DNA from: a virus
Length of the DNA stretch: 64,000 bases
Direction: 5' to 3' (one strand)
IMG/VR virus record: IMGVR_UViG_3300033148_006102
Coordinates: 1 to 64,000 of that record
Shown: piece by piece, positions 8,464-18,500 of the stretch
Layout: every line of letters begins with the position of its first letter
How positions within the stretch are numbered: position 1 is the stretch's first letter
Translations under genes and position numbers: made by a program
The notes under the pieces: generated by a model
Told to the model about the DNA's origin: nothing
The model's input: only the letters and a program-made list of their open reading frames with translations
Database searches by the model: none

Positions 8464-11400
8464 TAGAACAGACTGATCTTGCTCATTATGACGTCGTGGC
8501 ATTCTTTGACGGTATCCAGTTACCGTTGGTGTCAGTGGTTATCAATCAGGCGATGCGGCAGACCACTGCAGAGTTGAACGTTGAGCCAAATGATCTGCTG
8601 GAATTTCTCAAGCCTCGGTCAAGGGTGTCCGTATTTGTTCGTGATCCGCACAAGGATTTGAGCGAGATTCGTGAAGTTGTTGACAACCAGAATGAGTTGC
8701 CACGCAATATTTCACAGGAAGAGCTGTTCAAGCACGCCTTTTACTTGTACTGGGAAGGTGAGTATGCCGGGTTTTCGGAGTCCGAAGAGGCAAGCGTGCG
8801 TACTACGACGCTGCATTGCGTCCCGGTAATGTCGCATTTAGATTCAACTGCGTTACAGATGACGGCCACCGGCAGTTTTGTCAGTTATCCGTTATTGAAT
8901 GGTTCACTTTTCATTGACCCTGTTGTGGATACGTTTGGCCAGGCAGATTACTTGGGCATGATTGCTTCACGTGTGTTTCAGCAAGTGAAGGAAGAGGCCG
9001 AAGAAGACATTGATGGGCCGTTTTTCAATTATGCTCTGCGCTCAGTCTTGTTTCTATCCTATGTAAGCACACGCCACGCTGACCTGTACATGCGTCTGAA
9101 ACGGACGCGGTTCTTTGAGCGTGTGCTTGCGTTACCTGATCGTTTGATGGCCACAGTCTTGCCACGACTTGTGGCGCGTACCGCCTTTGAACAGAACATG
9201 ACCAATATGGTTAGCAGTAACGGTACGGTAGGCGATGCGCTGGACGTGCTGTTAGGCTTTGGGCAGTATTCACGATGTGATATTGTGCCGCACGTGGTAC
9301 GGCCGGTAGACACAACATCATCGGGGACGCTCGCAACGGATGCGGCATTATCGGATAAGGAAGTACCAGCATACAATCGCGAAGGCTACGTGTACGGTAC
9401 AATTGGGTTATTCCCCTCGTTGTACTACGCGTTGCCACCACGATGTAACTGGCTCTTTCCAGATCATATTCAGGAATTACAGTCATCGCGTAATCTTTTG
9501 ACAGAGCCTACGCGGCTGGGTTTGACAGATCCAAATGTGACATCCTTCGGCCTGGATGGCATGATCCATGTAGCTCCGCCAAGTCTGTCTAAGTATTTGC
9601 TTGAAACATACGAAGCGTTGCCAAAGCGTACGGTCGCAGAAAGCCGGTTTAATAGCGCATCCATATCAGCGCAGAACTCACCAGACGTACTGGATAACGA
9701 GGACATAGGTACTCTCAAGTCAACGCCGCTGGTATGGTACACCCGCGATACGCGCGCACAAATACTAGATAGTAGTGACCCAACAGCCGACATCTACAAG
9801 GGCGTACAAGATGGCACGACGCCATCGTTACTTGCCAGCATGCAGCCGATAGAGTTGCTCAAGGGTATCGTGTACAAATCAGAAACAGGAACGTTTGAAT
9901 CACTCGCGGCCGCATTATTGGCAAAAGATGAAACGGCGATTGGCGCGATTAAGAAGGCGTTGGTGACAGGTGATTTCTTTGTTAACACCGGTAAGAAGGA
10001 AAACATCTACTACGTCAACTTCATGCAGCATATCGCGCAGTATCGATTGTTGATGGCACAATTGAGCCGTGGCTTGACGGTATCAGGACCATTTAATCCC
10101 GACCCGCAGGTCGGTCTCCCGATGGTAGTGTTACGTGATTCGCGGGCTTACATTGGGTTGTTGGTGGGCAAGGCCGATAGCATTAATGCAACGGGTGGGG
10201 CGAGTACGGTATACACGCTTGAGCATGTACGGTTAGTGCCGAATCTGGAGGTAAGTGAGTCTTTGATTGACAGCGTGGTCAATCATGAACGAGATGTGCG
10301 TGACGTACGTCGTCGCCTAAATCAAGTCGATAAACAGCTAGAGTTCTTCAGCAAGCAGACGCCGAAAGCGATTGCCACAAAGCATCCGAATTTCTTCTCG
10401 CGTACCATGAATATGGCCAGTAGGAAGGACTCGGATAACAGTAAAATCGGCGGCGCGGCTTACTGGGACAGTCACGGTAGTACCAATTACCCGAAGAACT
10501 ACTTACCACGGTCAACTAGCGGTTTGGAGGCGATTGGTCGTGCAGTTGTGCCAGGACTAACACAGCTTCAGTCATTTCAATTCAATGCGGTTGAACGAGA
10601 TCTGTCGTTTGATGATCTTTTCCAACGTTGGGCAGACGAAGCGGATGGTGTGGAAGTTACTGAGAACGCACAAGCAGCTTTCCGGGAAGCAGTATCAGAG
10701 ATACTGACAGCATCAGTGAACGGCGATGATTCATACGAAGCCGCACAAGATCGTAAAGAACTACGCCGTGCTTTGGACGCAATGGACGCAGCTGAAACGA
10801 TTGTGGATCGTTTACATGATGCAGCGGTAGCGTGGCAGGCGGCGTACGATCAGAATATGCCAGAAGATACGCGACCAAATATCAACGCAGATGATATAGC
10901 TGGAGATCCGTGGTCTGAGCGACGAGAAGGTTTCCTCGAGGCACGGCCGGGATTGGAAACTTTCTATGATATTGATCAGTTTCGATCGCATCCGGTTAAA
11001 CGAGCCTACCCAGAATTATCGACCTTTTCTGTTGATACGCTCCTGGCGTTGTCACAGGATCAAAAGTATGCAATTACTACTGCTGCTTACCGGCCGTGGA
11101 TCTGGTCATCGCGCGTCATGTACAGCATTGCGAACATGATTGTGGCCTATCTGGATAACATTTTGCGGATCTGTGCTGCGCTTTACACGTCGTTGCAGGA
11201 AGCGTTAAATGCAGAGAAAGCAAAAATTGAGCGTCAAGTACCGAAGTTGGCGGAAGATGCCCGGACAGATCAAATATTGAGTCCATCTGTATCCGTGTCC
11301 AACATCATTCCGCCGGTGCTGCCATCGGCACGGCCCGATTATTTGGATCCGCGCACAGCAGATATTTTGTATCGGAAGTACTTTGGTCGGATCGGTAACG

Positions 11401-12026
11401 AAAAGAGCACATATGCCGAGATACTGGGCGACGAACTGCTGCGGATCGGGGACATTTTGAAAGAAGGCGATCCGATTGAGCTGCGTTTGCATGCCGGAGC
11501 CAATCTACTGCGTTTACTGAGCAGAGTACGTGACAACTATTTTGAAAAGCGCGAAAAGAGTGGGGAATCAACAGCAGAGTTTGTCTACAACTTTGTGCAT
11601 CGCGACTACATCTACGGGCGGGACTTGGGTCATGTGTTCCCAGGTATGGGTATCCGGTATTATCCATTTCCACAGCAAGATGAGGAAGATCTAGGCATCC
11701 TAGAAATACGGAAGGAACCGCTGGAAACAGATGATACGACTCAGGACGATAGTGGCGGCGCCTTCTCAGTTATCCCACAAGTGGTGCTGCCGCGATTCAC
11801 GCATACTGAAGAGGACACAACGCTCGAAGTAAGTAAGCAGGACTCTTTGGTGATCAGCCAGACTATTACGAAAGCGCGCTCTGTTTCCGATCGTGGACGG
11901 ATTGAGGAAGCGGAGAGAGAAGCAACAACTCTTGCGAAGATGACCAATGATAGTTATCTTCAGGACATAGCTCGTACAGTCTTCCACGAACAAGCCCGCT
12001 TGCCGGCCATTCGACGAGGTAGGTAA
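8460..12026 (+). CDS. Large baseplate hub-like protein
   Basis: 1188 aa; N-terminal beta-rich segment (FFDGIQLPLVSVVI...YWEGEYAGF); CNWLFP motif; tail-cluster context. Confidence 0.5.
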   Translation: MIEQTDLAHYDVVAFFDGIQLPLVSVVINQAMRQTTAELNVEPNDLLEFLKPRSRVSVFVRDPHKDLSEIREVVDNQNELPRNISQEELFKHAFYLYWEGEYAGFSESEEASVRTTTLHCVPVMSHLDSTALQMTATGSFVSYPLLNGSLFIDPVVDTFGQADYLGMIASRVFQQVKEEAEEDIDGPFFNYALRSVLFLSYVSTRHADLYMRLKRTRFFERVLALPDRLMATVLPRLVARTAFEQNMTNMVSSNGTVGDALDVLLGFGQYSRCDIVPHVVRPVDTTSSGTLATDAALSDKEVPAYNREGYVYGTIGLFPSLYYALPPRCNWLFPDHIQELQSSRNLLTEPTRLGLTDPNVTSFGLDGMIHVAPPSLSKYLLETYEALPKRTVAESRFNSASISAQNSPDVLDNEDIGTLKSTPLVWYTRDTRAQILDSSDPTADIYKGVQDGTTPSLLASMQPIELLKGIVYKSETGTFESLAAALLAKDETAIGAIKKALVTGDFFVNTGKKENIYYVNFMQHIAQYRLLMAQLSRGLTVSGPFNPDPQVGLPMVVLRDSRAYIGLLVGKADSINATGGASTVYTLEHVRLVPNLEVSESLIDSVVNHERDVRDVRRRLNQVDKQLEFFSKQTPKAIATKHPNFFSRTMNMASRKDSDNSKIGGAAYWDSHGSTNYPKNYLPRSTSGLEAIGRAVVPGLTQLQSFQFNAVERDLSFDDLFQRWADEADGVEVTENAQAAFREAVSEILTASVNGDDSYEAAQDRKELRRALDAMDAAETIVDRLHDAAVAWQAAYDQNMPEDTRPNINADDIAGDPWSERREGFLEARPGLETFYDIDQFRSHPVKRAYPELSTFSVDTLLALSQDQKYAITTAAYRPWIWSSRVMYSIANMIVAYLDNILRICAALYTSLQEALNAEKAKIERQVPKLAEDARTDQILSPSVSVSNIIPPVLPSARPDYLDPRTADILYRKYFGRIGNEKSTYAEILGDELLRIGDILKEGDPIELRLHAGANLLRLLSRVRDNYFEKREKSGESTAEFVYNFVHRDYIYGRDLGHVFPGMGIRYYPFPQQDEEDLGILEIRKEPLETDDTTQDDSGGAFSVIPQVVLPRFTHTEEDTTLEVSKQDSLVISQTITKARSVSDRGRIEEAEREATTLAKMTNDSYLQDIARTVFHEQARLPAIRRGR

Positions 12027-12349
12027 TGAAACCAGTAGATATCGCGATCACTGCAATACGGCGTATGACCGAAATCATTTCGAACATCGGTTTCTCATTT
12101 GGTACATCGCCACGAGAGATACTGGTAGTAGGTACTGCTGAAGTCGATGGCAAGGAACGCGGTGTCATAGCCGAGCTTACGGCAGAAGGCCAGGCGCGTG
12201 TATTAGCTATTGCGATACATCCGGATATGAAGGTGGAGAAATTCGAGGTCGAATTCGCACGTATGGACGAAGTCGGTGCCGAAGCCACTGAGCAGATCCA
12301 ACAAGCCATCCAGTCAGAAGAAGGTACCGGAACACCATTTGATGGTTAA
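12026..12349 (+). CDS. Hypothetical protein
   Basis: Coupled ORF (TAATG overlap). Confidence 0.6.
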   Translation: MKPVDIAITAIRRMTEIISNIGFSFGTSPREILVVGTAEVDGKERGVIAELTAEGQARVLAIAIHPDMKVEKFEVEFARMDEVGAEATEQIQQAIQSEEGTGTPFDG

Positions 12350-12357
12350 ACTGGTAC

Positions 12358-13047
12358 GTGATGAAGAACCTCAGTGACGAGCTTCTGGCGGTTCGTGCGA
12401 AGACCGATAACCAGGCCAAGAACGAACTGGTACGTCGTTTCGCGCCCACAGTGACGACGCGATCGAACATGTACCGTGGTGTAGCGGTTCCCCAGCCGGC
12501 TATCTACGGTGAAGGACTTCGTTTGGTTCAATATGCAGCGGAGACATTCAAACCCACCAAGGGCGCCAAGTTCTCGACTCACCTGGAGAACCATTTACGG
12601 CGGATGTCTCGATACGTAAATACGCATAAGAACATTGCCCGCATCCCACCAAGTAAGCAAATGCGTATGGGGTTGTTCCGGTCACGTGCAGCGGTATTGC
12701 GCTTGCGGTTAAGTCGAGAACCGGCGCCAGAAGAATTGTCGGAGGATCTAGGATGGTCCGTAAAAGACGTAGTGGACCTGATGAACTTGGAGCGGCGTGA
12801 GCTGGCTAGTTCAGATCTCGTCGGGGAAATGGATACTGCGCATTTTGATCGTATGCGGGAGACAGCTGCGTTCGTGCGTTTTGAGTTGCGGCCTGAAGAG
12901 AAGGTCGTGTTTGATTATCTCTACGGATGGCACGGTCGTATGCAAACGGACAATGTACAGCAGATTGCTATGCATTCTGGCGTGAGTACGGATAAGGTGT
13001 ATCGAACCATCCGCAAGATCAAGGATCTGACACAGAGGCATCTATGA
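12358..13047 (+). CDS. Phage RNA polymerase sigma factor (sigma70 family, FliA-like layout)
   Basis: Region 2 GAKFSTHLENHLRR; region 3 REPAPEELSEDLGW; region 4 HTH VQQIAMHSGVSTDKVYR. Confidence 0.85.
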   Translation: MMKNLSDELLAVRAKTDNQAKNELVRRFAPTVTTRSNMYRGVAVPQPAIYGEGLRLVQYAAETFKPTKGAKFSTHLENHLRRMSRYVNTHKNIARIPPSKQMRMGLFRSRAAVLRLRLSREPAPEELSEDLGWSVKDVVDLMNLERRELASSDLVGEMDTAHFDRMRETAAFVRFELRPEEKVVFDYLYGWHGRMQTDNVQQIAMHSGVSTDKVYRTIRKIKDLTQRHL

Positions 13048-13958
13048 TAACGGAAGCACAAGCACGCATGTTGGCGGAAGCCATACTGGATAAACTGGGT
13101 TCACGCTTCAGGCCGCAAGCTGAAGCTACGCAAGGTCCGCGCTCTGTTGTGGCACCTGCGGTTGAGAATCCAGTGCCCCGAGCAGGTAGATCTGGTATTG
13201 GAGCACGTGATGCTGGCGGCGGGACAACTGGTAAGCGCGAGACACAATCAGCGCCAGCGGAAGGATTAACAGCTCTGGCAGCGGAACTATTTGATGCCAA
13301 GTCGACAGGTATGGCAACTGTGCATAGTGGCGGTACCGGTGGATCTACGAAAGGAACAGTATCGCCGTTTGTACGTGATTCGGCTAAGGGCGGCGCGCGT
13401 ATGGGGTTGAACTCCACGCCAGCTTCTGTGCAAGCACCGAAGAAGCCAGGTATCGTTACAGCGGCGTATGTAGGTAGTCAGGTTGGGGAACTAAAAATGC
13501 GGCTGGGTACGAAGCCCAAGAAGCCAGTTGTGATCAAGTCGACCGAGAAGAAGGCCGACATGGGCAAGGAACACGAGCGACGTTATATCCTGAATGCACT
13601 GCCGCCGTCCGCGAAGAAGGGCTCGAAAATCAAACAAGGGATTATGGTAAAGTCCCAGAAAGGATACTCAAGGATTCGCGAACAGGACGGGAAGTACACG
13701 ATGACAGCCAAATACTTCCCGCTGCACCATGAGGCAGAGACAGAGATATCGAAGGAGATCTTCGATACCTTGTGGCCGAAAGTACAAGATCAGCAGATCA
13801 AGACGCGCTACAAGATTTCAACGCCGGATAAGAATGAATGGATTGTCGACGAGTTTGAGGACGGAAAAGTTATTGCAGAAGTGGAAATGCCACGGAAGAA
13901 CGGTAAAGTGTCTATTCCTGATGATTTCGATGTGAAGACGGCATACCCGTATAACTAG
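13044..13958 (+). CDS. CYTH-domain protein with long low-complexity N-terminal extension
   Basis: EHERRY (ExExK/R), IKQG, SRIR, TMTAK, EAETEI, KTRY, WIVDEF, IAEVE motifs. Confidence 0.8.
   Translation: MITEAQARMLAEAILDKLGSRFRPQAEATQGPRSVVAPAVENPVPRAGRSGIGARDAGGGTTGKRETQSAPAEGLTALAAELFDAKSTGMATVHSGGTGGSTKGTVSPFVRDSAKGGARMGLNSTPASVQAPKKPGIVTAAYVGSQVGELKMRLGTKPKKPVVIKSTEKKADMGKEHERRYILNALPPSAKKGSKIKQGIMVKSQKGYSRIREQDGKYTMTAKYFPLHHEAETEISKEIFDTLWPKVQDQQIKTRYKISTPDKNEWIVDEFEDGKVIAEVEMPRKNGKVSIPDDFDVKTAYPYN
13636..13658 (+). repeat. 23-bp dyad site, copy 2 (intragenic)
   Basis: AAGGGATT-ATGGTAA-AGTCCCAG. Confidence 0.65.
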
Positions 13959-13965
13959 AGAGGGC

Positions 13966-14211
13966 TTGATGACCGTGGCAAAGAAGGATACTCGGCGCAC
14001 AAAGAAGCGTCGGACTATCCGAATCCCTAAGTGGCTCACCAAGGAAGAAGTAGAGGCACTGCAGGCTGAAATCATACACAATCCGCATTTGACGGATGAA
14101 GAGGCGCTGCAACGTGTGCTGTTTAATACGACACGGTTGGAAGAAATATACGCAGAGCGCATACAACCGGAGTCGGAAGATGAAGACGAAGAAGAGCCAG
14201 AGGACGAATAA
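13966..14211 (+). CDS. Small protein with basic N-terminus and acidic C-terminus
   Basis: 81 aa ORF, coupled to the next gene. Confidence 0.55.
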   Translation: MMTVAKKDTRRTKKRRTIRIPKWLTKEEVEALQAEIIHNPHLTDEEALQRVLFNTTRLEEIYAERIQPESEDEDEEEPEDE

Positions 14212-16139
14212 TGGCTGGACTTCAATCAGGGTTGGTTTGTGGTGACTTGATCAGCTTGGCTATTCAGGCTTACCAAGCACTCAAAACTAATGAGCTCTTA
14301 CGTGAAGAACGGAATGCGATCTCGGCACAAGTGGCCGAGTTTGTGTTCGATTTAAATGCTGCGCTCTCCCCTGATGCCACCACTGATACGCTTGAGGCGA
14401 TAGGCGCAGAGTTCTATCAGCCTATTGTGGAGGTACTCAATGGCTTAGAAGAAGGCATTGCGCAAGCATACGGACAGAGTTTCGCCGAGTCTCTGCAAAC
14501 CGGTGCGATAGATCCGGCGCAGGGCAACGTTGATGCCGTTCAGGCATTCTTCTCTGCATCGTCAAGTACCGTGTTGGGCGATGCTATCACAGACGATCAA
14601 CTTTCTGATCCAGACGCCACATACAGGCCGAGTGCTATTCGTACAACCTTCCGCGAGCCAGCTGAAGAGGTCGAATGTGGTGATAGTGTGGTGCAGGGCG
14701 CATTCGCCAGCGTTGCCTCAGCCGCCACAGGACTCATAAATCGTGGCGCGAATATCGCACAGATCACAACTTCTTCGTTTGGTATGATTTCGCATGCCAT
14801 ACCGAAGGTGCTGTATGGCGCCGCGGCAATGAATGTGGAGCAGATCCTTTCGTTATTTGTGGATCGTGATGTGATTTTGGACAAGATCATACGCGCCGCT
14901 GATCGACTTGCCGAAAGTGTCGGATTCATTGAAGAAGAGCACTACTTCCCCAACTTGTTCTCCCGAGCTGGCAAGACGATTAAGATCCTGCGTCGAGCAG
15001 TGAGCGCGCTTGAGCGTGTTGAGTATTTCATGCTGGAGAATGGGGTCACTGACCTGAACAGCTATGAGCAGGCAATTGAGTACGTGGAAGATGCAGAGGA
15101 AGAACTGTGTAGGCTGGAGCTCTTGCCGGATCCAACTGGCTATACCTACATGATGAAGCTTCAGACACAGATCAATTTCTTGGCTATCCTCAAGCGCGGC
15201 CTTGAGAACAAACAGGACGTTCTATTGGGTTTGCAATCACTGTTGGTTGACTTCCGCGGCGATCTGGGTTCTAACGCACGATTTGATTCGCTATTCATCG
15301 GCTTGGTGACGCAAGTTAAGTGCCGGATTGACAAGCTGATAGGTCGGTTGCGTGCCGCCCAGAAAGCAAATCGGATTGAAACATATATCACACAGCAGGC
15401 GGCCGCGTGTATTGAGCTGCAGGTACTGATTCCGTTCATGGAATTGGTAAAGCAGCCGTTGTCGCAAAAACTGTCATTATTGGATGTAGATCCGATCGGC
15501 GAAGCTGTAGCAGATATCGAAGTTGCGGCAGCCAACCTGGATATTGATTCGCCGGATTACCAGGCATTGATCAATTCAATGGACTTGTTGATTACTCAGG
15601 CACGAGTATCGCTCACCCGTTATCAGGATCCTGCGCAGGTCCAGGCATTGGCGGAACAGGTCAAGAGTCAAGCAGAAGCGATGAAGGGCCAAGGACAGGA
15701 ATTCGAGCAAGCGGTGGCTGTAGCCTTGGTAACGCTCGCAGGGGTACGTGCTGTGTTGGATGCGGTACTTGGCGGCTTTGGTGATGATCCGGCCATTAGC
15801 AGTATTGTCGAGAATATTCGAACAGGTAACTGGGAGAAGCTTTTCAGCATCGATGCAGTCACGTCTTCATTGGAAGGTGAAGTAGCGAAGCTGATGTCGG
15901 CAGCTGTAGCGTGCTGCGAAGCATCTGGCCGGTCGCAGACTTCTCAGGGCGCAATCTTTGATTTGCTCGATATTTCGGAAGAATTAGCAGACGAAGCTCG
16001 CAGAGAGGCGCTATTCCACGATACAACTACAATGTTTGGTAGTAAGTCGCATAAGGCGACTATGAACTTCAGGATACCGCTGCTCAAGCAGCAGCTCGGT
16101 AGAGCCATAAATGCGGCTCGCGCGGACTGTTTCCAGTAG
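14211..16139 (+). CDS. Hypothetical helical protein, probably structural
   Basis: 642 aa ORF in the morphogenesis cluster. Confidence 0.6.
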   Translation: MAGLQSGLVCGDLISLAIQAYQALKTNELLREERNAISAQVAEFVFDLNAALSPDATTDTLEAIGAEFYQPIVEVLNGLEEGIAQAYGQSFAESLQTGAIDPAQGNVDAVQAFFSASSSTVLGDAITDDQLSDPDATYRPSAIRTTFREPAEEVECGDSVVQGAFASVASAATGLINRGANIAQITTSSFGMISHAIPKVLYGAAAMNVEQILSLFVDRDVILDKIIRAADRLAESVGFIEEEHYFPNLFSRAGKTIKILRRAVSALERVEYFMLENGVTDLNSYEQAIEYVEDAEEELCRLELLPDPTGYTYMMKLQTQINFLAILKRGLENKQDVLLGLQSLLVDFRGDLGSNARFDSLFIGLVTQVKCRIDKLIGRLRAAQKANRIETYITQQAAACIELQVLIPFMELVKQPLSQKLSLLDVDPIGEAVADIEVAAANLDIDSPDYQALINSMDLLITQARVSLTRYQDPAQVQALAEQVKSQAEAMKGQGQEFEQAVAVALVTLAGVRAVLDAVLGGFGDDPAISSIVENIRTGNWEKLFSIDAVTSSLEGEVAKLMSAAVACCEASGRSQTSQGAIFDLLDISEELADEARREALFHDTTTMFGSKSHKATMNFRIPLLKQQLGRAINAARADCFQ

Positions 16140-16147
16140 GAGTTCTC

Positions 16148-16327
16148 ATGACACAAGCTGAAGTAGTAGGGAACTGGCTGGCAGATCAGTTCATCAAGCA
16201 GGGCATTTTGACCGAAGAATTAGCGCCATACTTCTTGGCCGGTGTGATTGATAAGACTGCATCGATGGATGTGATCGAGATTGCAGCACAATCACGCGAA
16301 GTGGATGTTAGAGTATCGGACAGCTAA
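16148..16327 (+). CDS. 59-aa protein with the F-x-x-G-x-x-D-K-T-A motif (not in ORF track)
   Basis: AGGAG RBS; MTQAEVVGNWLADQFIKQGILTEELAPYFLAGVIDKTASM...; TAATG overlap. Confidence 0.7.
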   Translation: MTQAEVVGNWLADQFIKQGILTEELAPYFLAGVIDKTASMDVIEIAAQSREVDVRVSDS

Positions 16328-16806
16328 TGGAAGATCTGCTACTACTTACACCGGACGCCACCGTGGATGATTCCGAGATTCGGGATCTTCCGGATGGCCT
16401 GGTGCAAGCGCATATCATTCGTAGCGTGTCGCCCAACCACAATACGCACATGACTTTGCTAATTGAGGGCATACAGAAGTTGGTGCAGGAAGTGTGGTTA
16501 GAGATTATCAGTGATCGAACACCGGACGGCAGCGGCTCAGGGATGTCAGCCGCAATGCAGTCAACGGCTGCTAATGCACAGTCAATTACTCAGTTGGCAC
16601 AGCAGTACACGGCAACCGTACAGGCCAATGTCATACGTAATCAAGGATTGCTTGGGCGGATACCAGCGGCAGAACAGCTGCGTTCGCTTCTTGTTCGTGA
16701 TGTTCAGTATGATGAAGTTCTGCGACAGTCAGTAATCAGTCTTGAATTGCAGTCGCGTGCGGGCATGACGGCTGTTATTACATACCAACCACCAAGGCGG
16801 CGTTGA
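16327..16806 (+). CDS. Baseplate wedge protein, gp25-like
   Basis: IEGIQKLVQEVWLEIISDRTPDGSGSG...EQLRSLLV pattern; size and context. Confidence 0.55.
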   Translation: MEDLLLLTPDATVDDSEIRDLPDGLVQAHIIRSVSPNHNTHMTLLIEGIQKLVQEVWLEIISDRTPDGSGSGMSAAMQSTAANAQSITQLAQQYTATVQANVIRNQGLLGRIPAAEQLRSLLVRDVQYDEVLRQSVISLELQSRAGMTAVITYQPPRRR

Positions 16807-18047
16807 TGGGTATCAACAGGGAAATGTTTATACAAGGCTTCATGCGGAAGCTCGCCGATATCCAGACTTCACCTGAGAAGGCGAAGGGTTTGGGGCCGTC
16901 ATATGTGTCAACGGGGATGACCAGTGGTGCCAGTCGAATTTCGCCCTTCATGGATGGGCCGGCCGAAGGTAACGACCCGCAAGACGAACAGGATGAAATC
17001 GAAGCTGGTGGCGGTGATGAAGAGCATCGTCAAGATCTTGGGGATATGCAGGAATTCCAACACGCGTTGATGCGTGGTGAGATGCCGCCAGATCCTGAAA
17101 TGGATACGGCGATTGAGGCTATCGGTGTCCGAGATGCTATGCCGTTAGATACGAATGCGGTTCGTGGTGGACGAAATACAACGGATTATCGTCATCATAC
17201 GCCGGCGGAAGTTGCTCGGCTGTTAAGCGAGAAGATTGGACAGGAATACAAGGATCCTAACGTCAGCGCAATTGACGCTTTCTTCAATGAGAGAAAAGCG
17301 CGGAAGACGCAGAACCGCAATCTGTTGAATGGTCAATATAACCACGGTCACACTGGTGAGTATAAAACTGGTGGTGTGCCGAAGGATGAGCAACTAACAC
17401 TTCCGTCCGCGCCGCACTTGACTGGAACTGAAAACGACAAAGAGAGTGAACATTCAGCTGAAGGAGCGATCCAAAAGCTGTACGGGGATCTCGAAGCATA
17501 CTTTGGTCGTACCAAGAAAGCGGAGTTTGATAAGGAAGCACTCAAGGGATTGTTAGGCGCGCTTTCGGGTGGTGTGAAAGCTCTCGGAAGAGCGGGTCGT
17601 ACGGCAACTAGAGCGGCAACAAAGAGTTTCAGGGCGCCGGCTAAGTGGGCGCCGCGGCGTGCTGCACAGACACAGACGGTTAATACAGTGAAGCCTGGGA
17701 CCGGTGGTTTGTTTCATGGACCACAATTTACTACATCGGCGTCAACAGCTGCGCGACAAGCCTACACAAATCAATCTCGTGGCCAGCGTATGCGTGCAGT
17801 ACAACAGCAGCGGGTAGCACAAGGCAAGCGTCGCATGCCGAAGCGACCGCTCATGGGTCTGCAGCCAAAACAACCTGGAATGGGAACAGAGCTCGCCAGG
17901 CTAATGGGAGCGGAACAAGCTATTGGTGCTGGTGAGAATATTATTGGTGGCTTTACTGGGCAACAAGATCAGCAAGGCACCGCGATGGGACAAGGTTTGA
18001 GAGATCTCAACAGGTTCCGTTTTTATGGGAGGGCGTTGGGTAGATGA
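16803..18047 (+). CDS. Low-complexity K-x-A motif protein (putative internal head protein)
   Basis: N-terminal MFIQGFMRKLAD; internal EKIG, KKAEFDKEAL. Confidence 0.6.
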   Translation: MMGINREMFIQGFMRKLADIQTSPEKAKGLGPSYVSTGMTSGASRISPFMDGPAEGNDPQDEQDEIEAGGGDEEHRQDLGDMQEFQHALMRGEMPPDPEMDTAIEAIGVRDAMPLDTNAVRGGRNTTDYRHHTPAEVARLLSEKIGQEYKDPNVSAIDAFFNERKARKTQNRNLLNGQYNHGHTGEYKTGGVPKDEQLTLPSAPHLTGTENDKESEHSAEGAIQKLYGDLEAYFGRTKKAEFDKEALKGLLGALSGGVKALGRAGRTATRAATKSFRAPAKWAPRRAAQTQTVNTVKPGTGGLFHGPQFTTSASTAARQAYTNQSRGQRMRAVQQQRVAQGKRRMPKRPLMGLQPKQPGMGTELARLMGAEQAIGAGENIIGGFTGQQDQQGTAMGQGLRDLNRFRFYGRALGR

Positions 18048-18328
18048 CGCAAGGATTCCCAAAAGCTGAGCTCCTGTTGAAGATCGCCGAAGCGCCGCCA
18101 ATGTACTGGGTGGCAGATCAAGAGCAGCCACAGATCGATTTTCAGAAGTTCTTTCCGCGGCCTACGGAATGGGAAATGCTGCCGTTGACGAAGAAGATTC
18201 AGATACGGATGCAGCAGGACAATGTATCGCCGGAGGACGCACAGAAACTCACGTCATCGTACCGCAAGAAGGCACCGGAGATGTTGAAGGAACCGGTACC
18301 ACAGGAGATGCTCACGGGCTACCAATAA
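18044..18328 (+). CDS. Small K-x-A motif protein
   Basis: N-terminal ELLLKIAE. Confidence 0.6.
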   Translation: MTQGFPKAELLLKIAEAPPMYWVADQEQPQIDFQKFFPRPTEWEMLPLTKKIQIRMQQDNVSPEDAQKLTSSYRKKAPEMLKEPVPQEMLTGYQ

Positions 18329-18349
18329 TCACAGGTTTTGTGGCATAAG
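18320..18349 (+). promoter_or_regulatory. 30-bp promoter-like motif, copy 1
   Basis: TACCAATAATCACAGGTTTTGTGGCATAAG; aligns without gaps to copies at 40876 and 43251. Confidence 0.55.
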
Positions 18350-18464
18350 ACTGTGAGTATAGTTTTATTACGAAAACGACCGCAAGTGATGGGCAATCCT
18401 TGCGGTCGTTACACGTTTGGTCCCGGCAGGACCTGCGCGAATGATTGTGGTAGTGGGATCGCGC
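18329..18464. ncRNA. Candidate structured RNA with four tandem hairpins
   Basis: Stems 18329-18356, 18375-18410 (12 bp perfect), 18419-18433 and 18435-18464 in a non-coding gap. Confidence 0.4.
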
Positions 18465-18470
18465 AAGCGG

Positions 18471-18500
18471 ATAGTACCCAAGATATGGTATGTCTGTCAA
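18471..18500 (-). promoter_or_regulatory. Possible sigma70-type promoter, minus strand
   Basis: TTGACA-N18-TACTAT; predicted start near 18464. Confidence 0.35.

Noticed and set aside
13966-14211. IPKWLTKEEV resembles the start of a tyrosine recombinase catalytic domain
   Set aside because: Only 81 aa and lacks the R-H-R-Y catalytic residues
18341-18357. TGGCA motif as a sigma54 promoter
   Set aside because: No TTGC -12 element at the required spacing in any of the three copies
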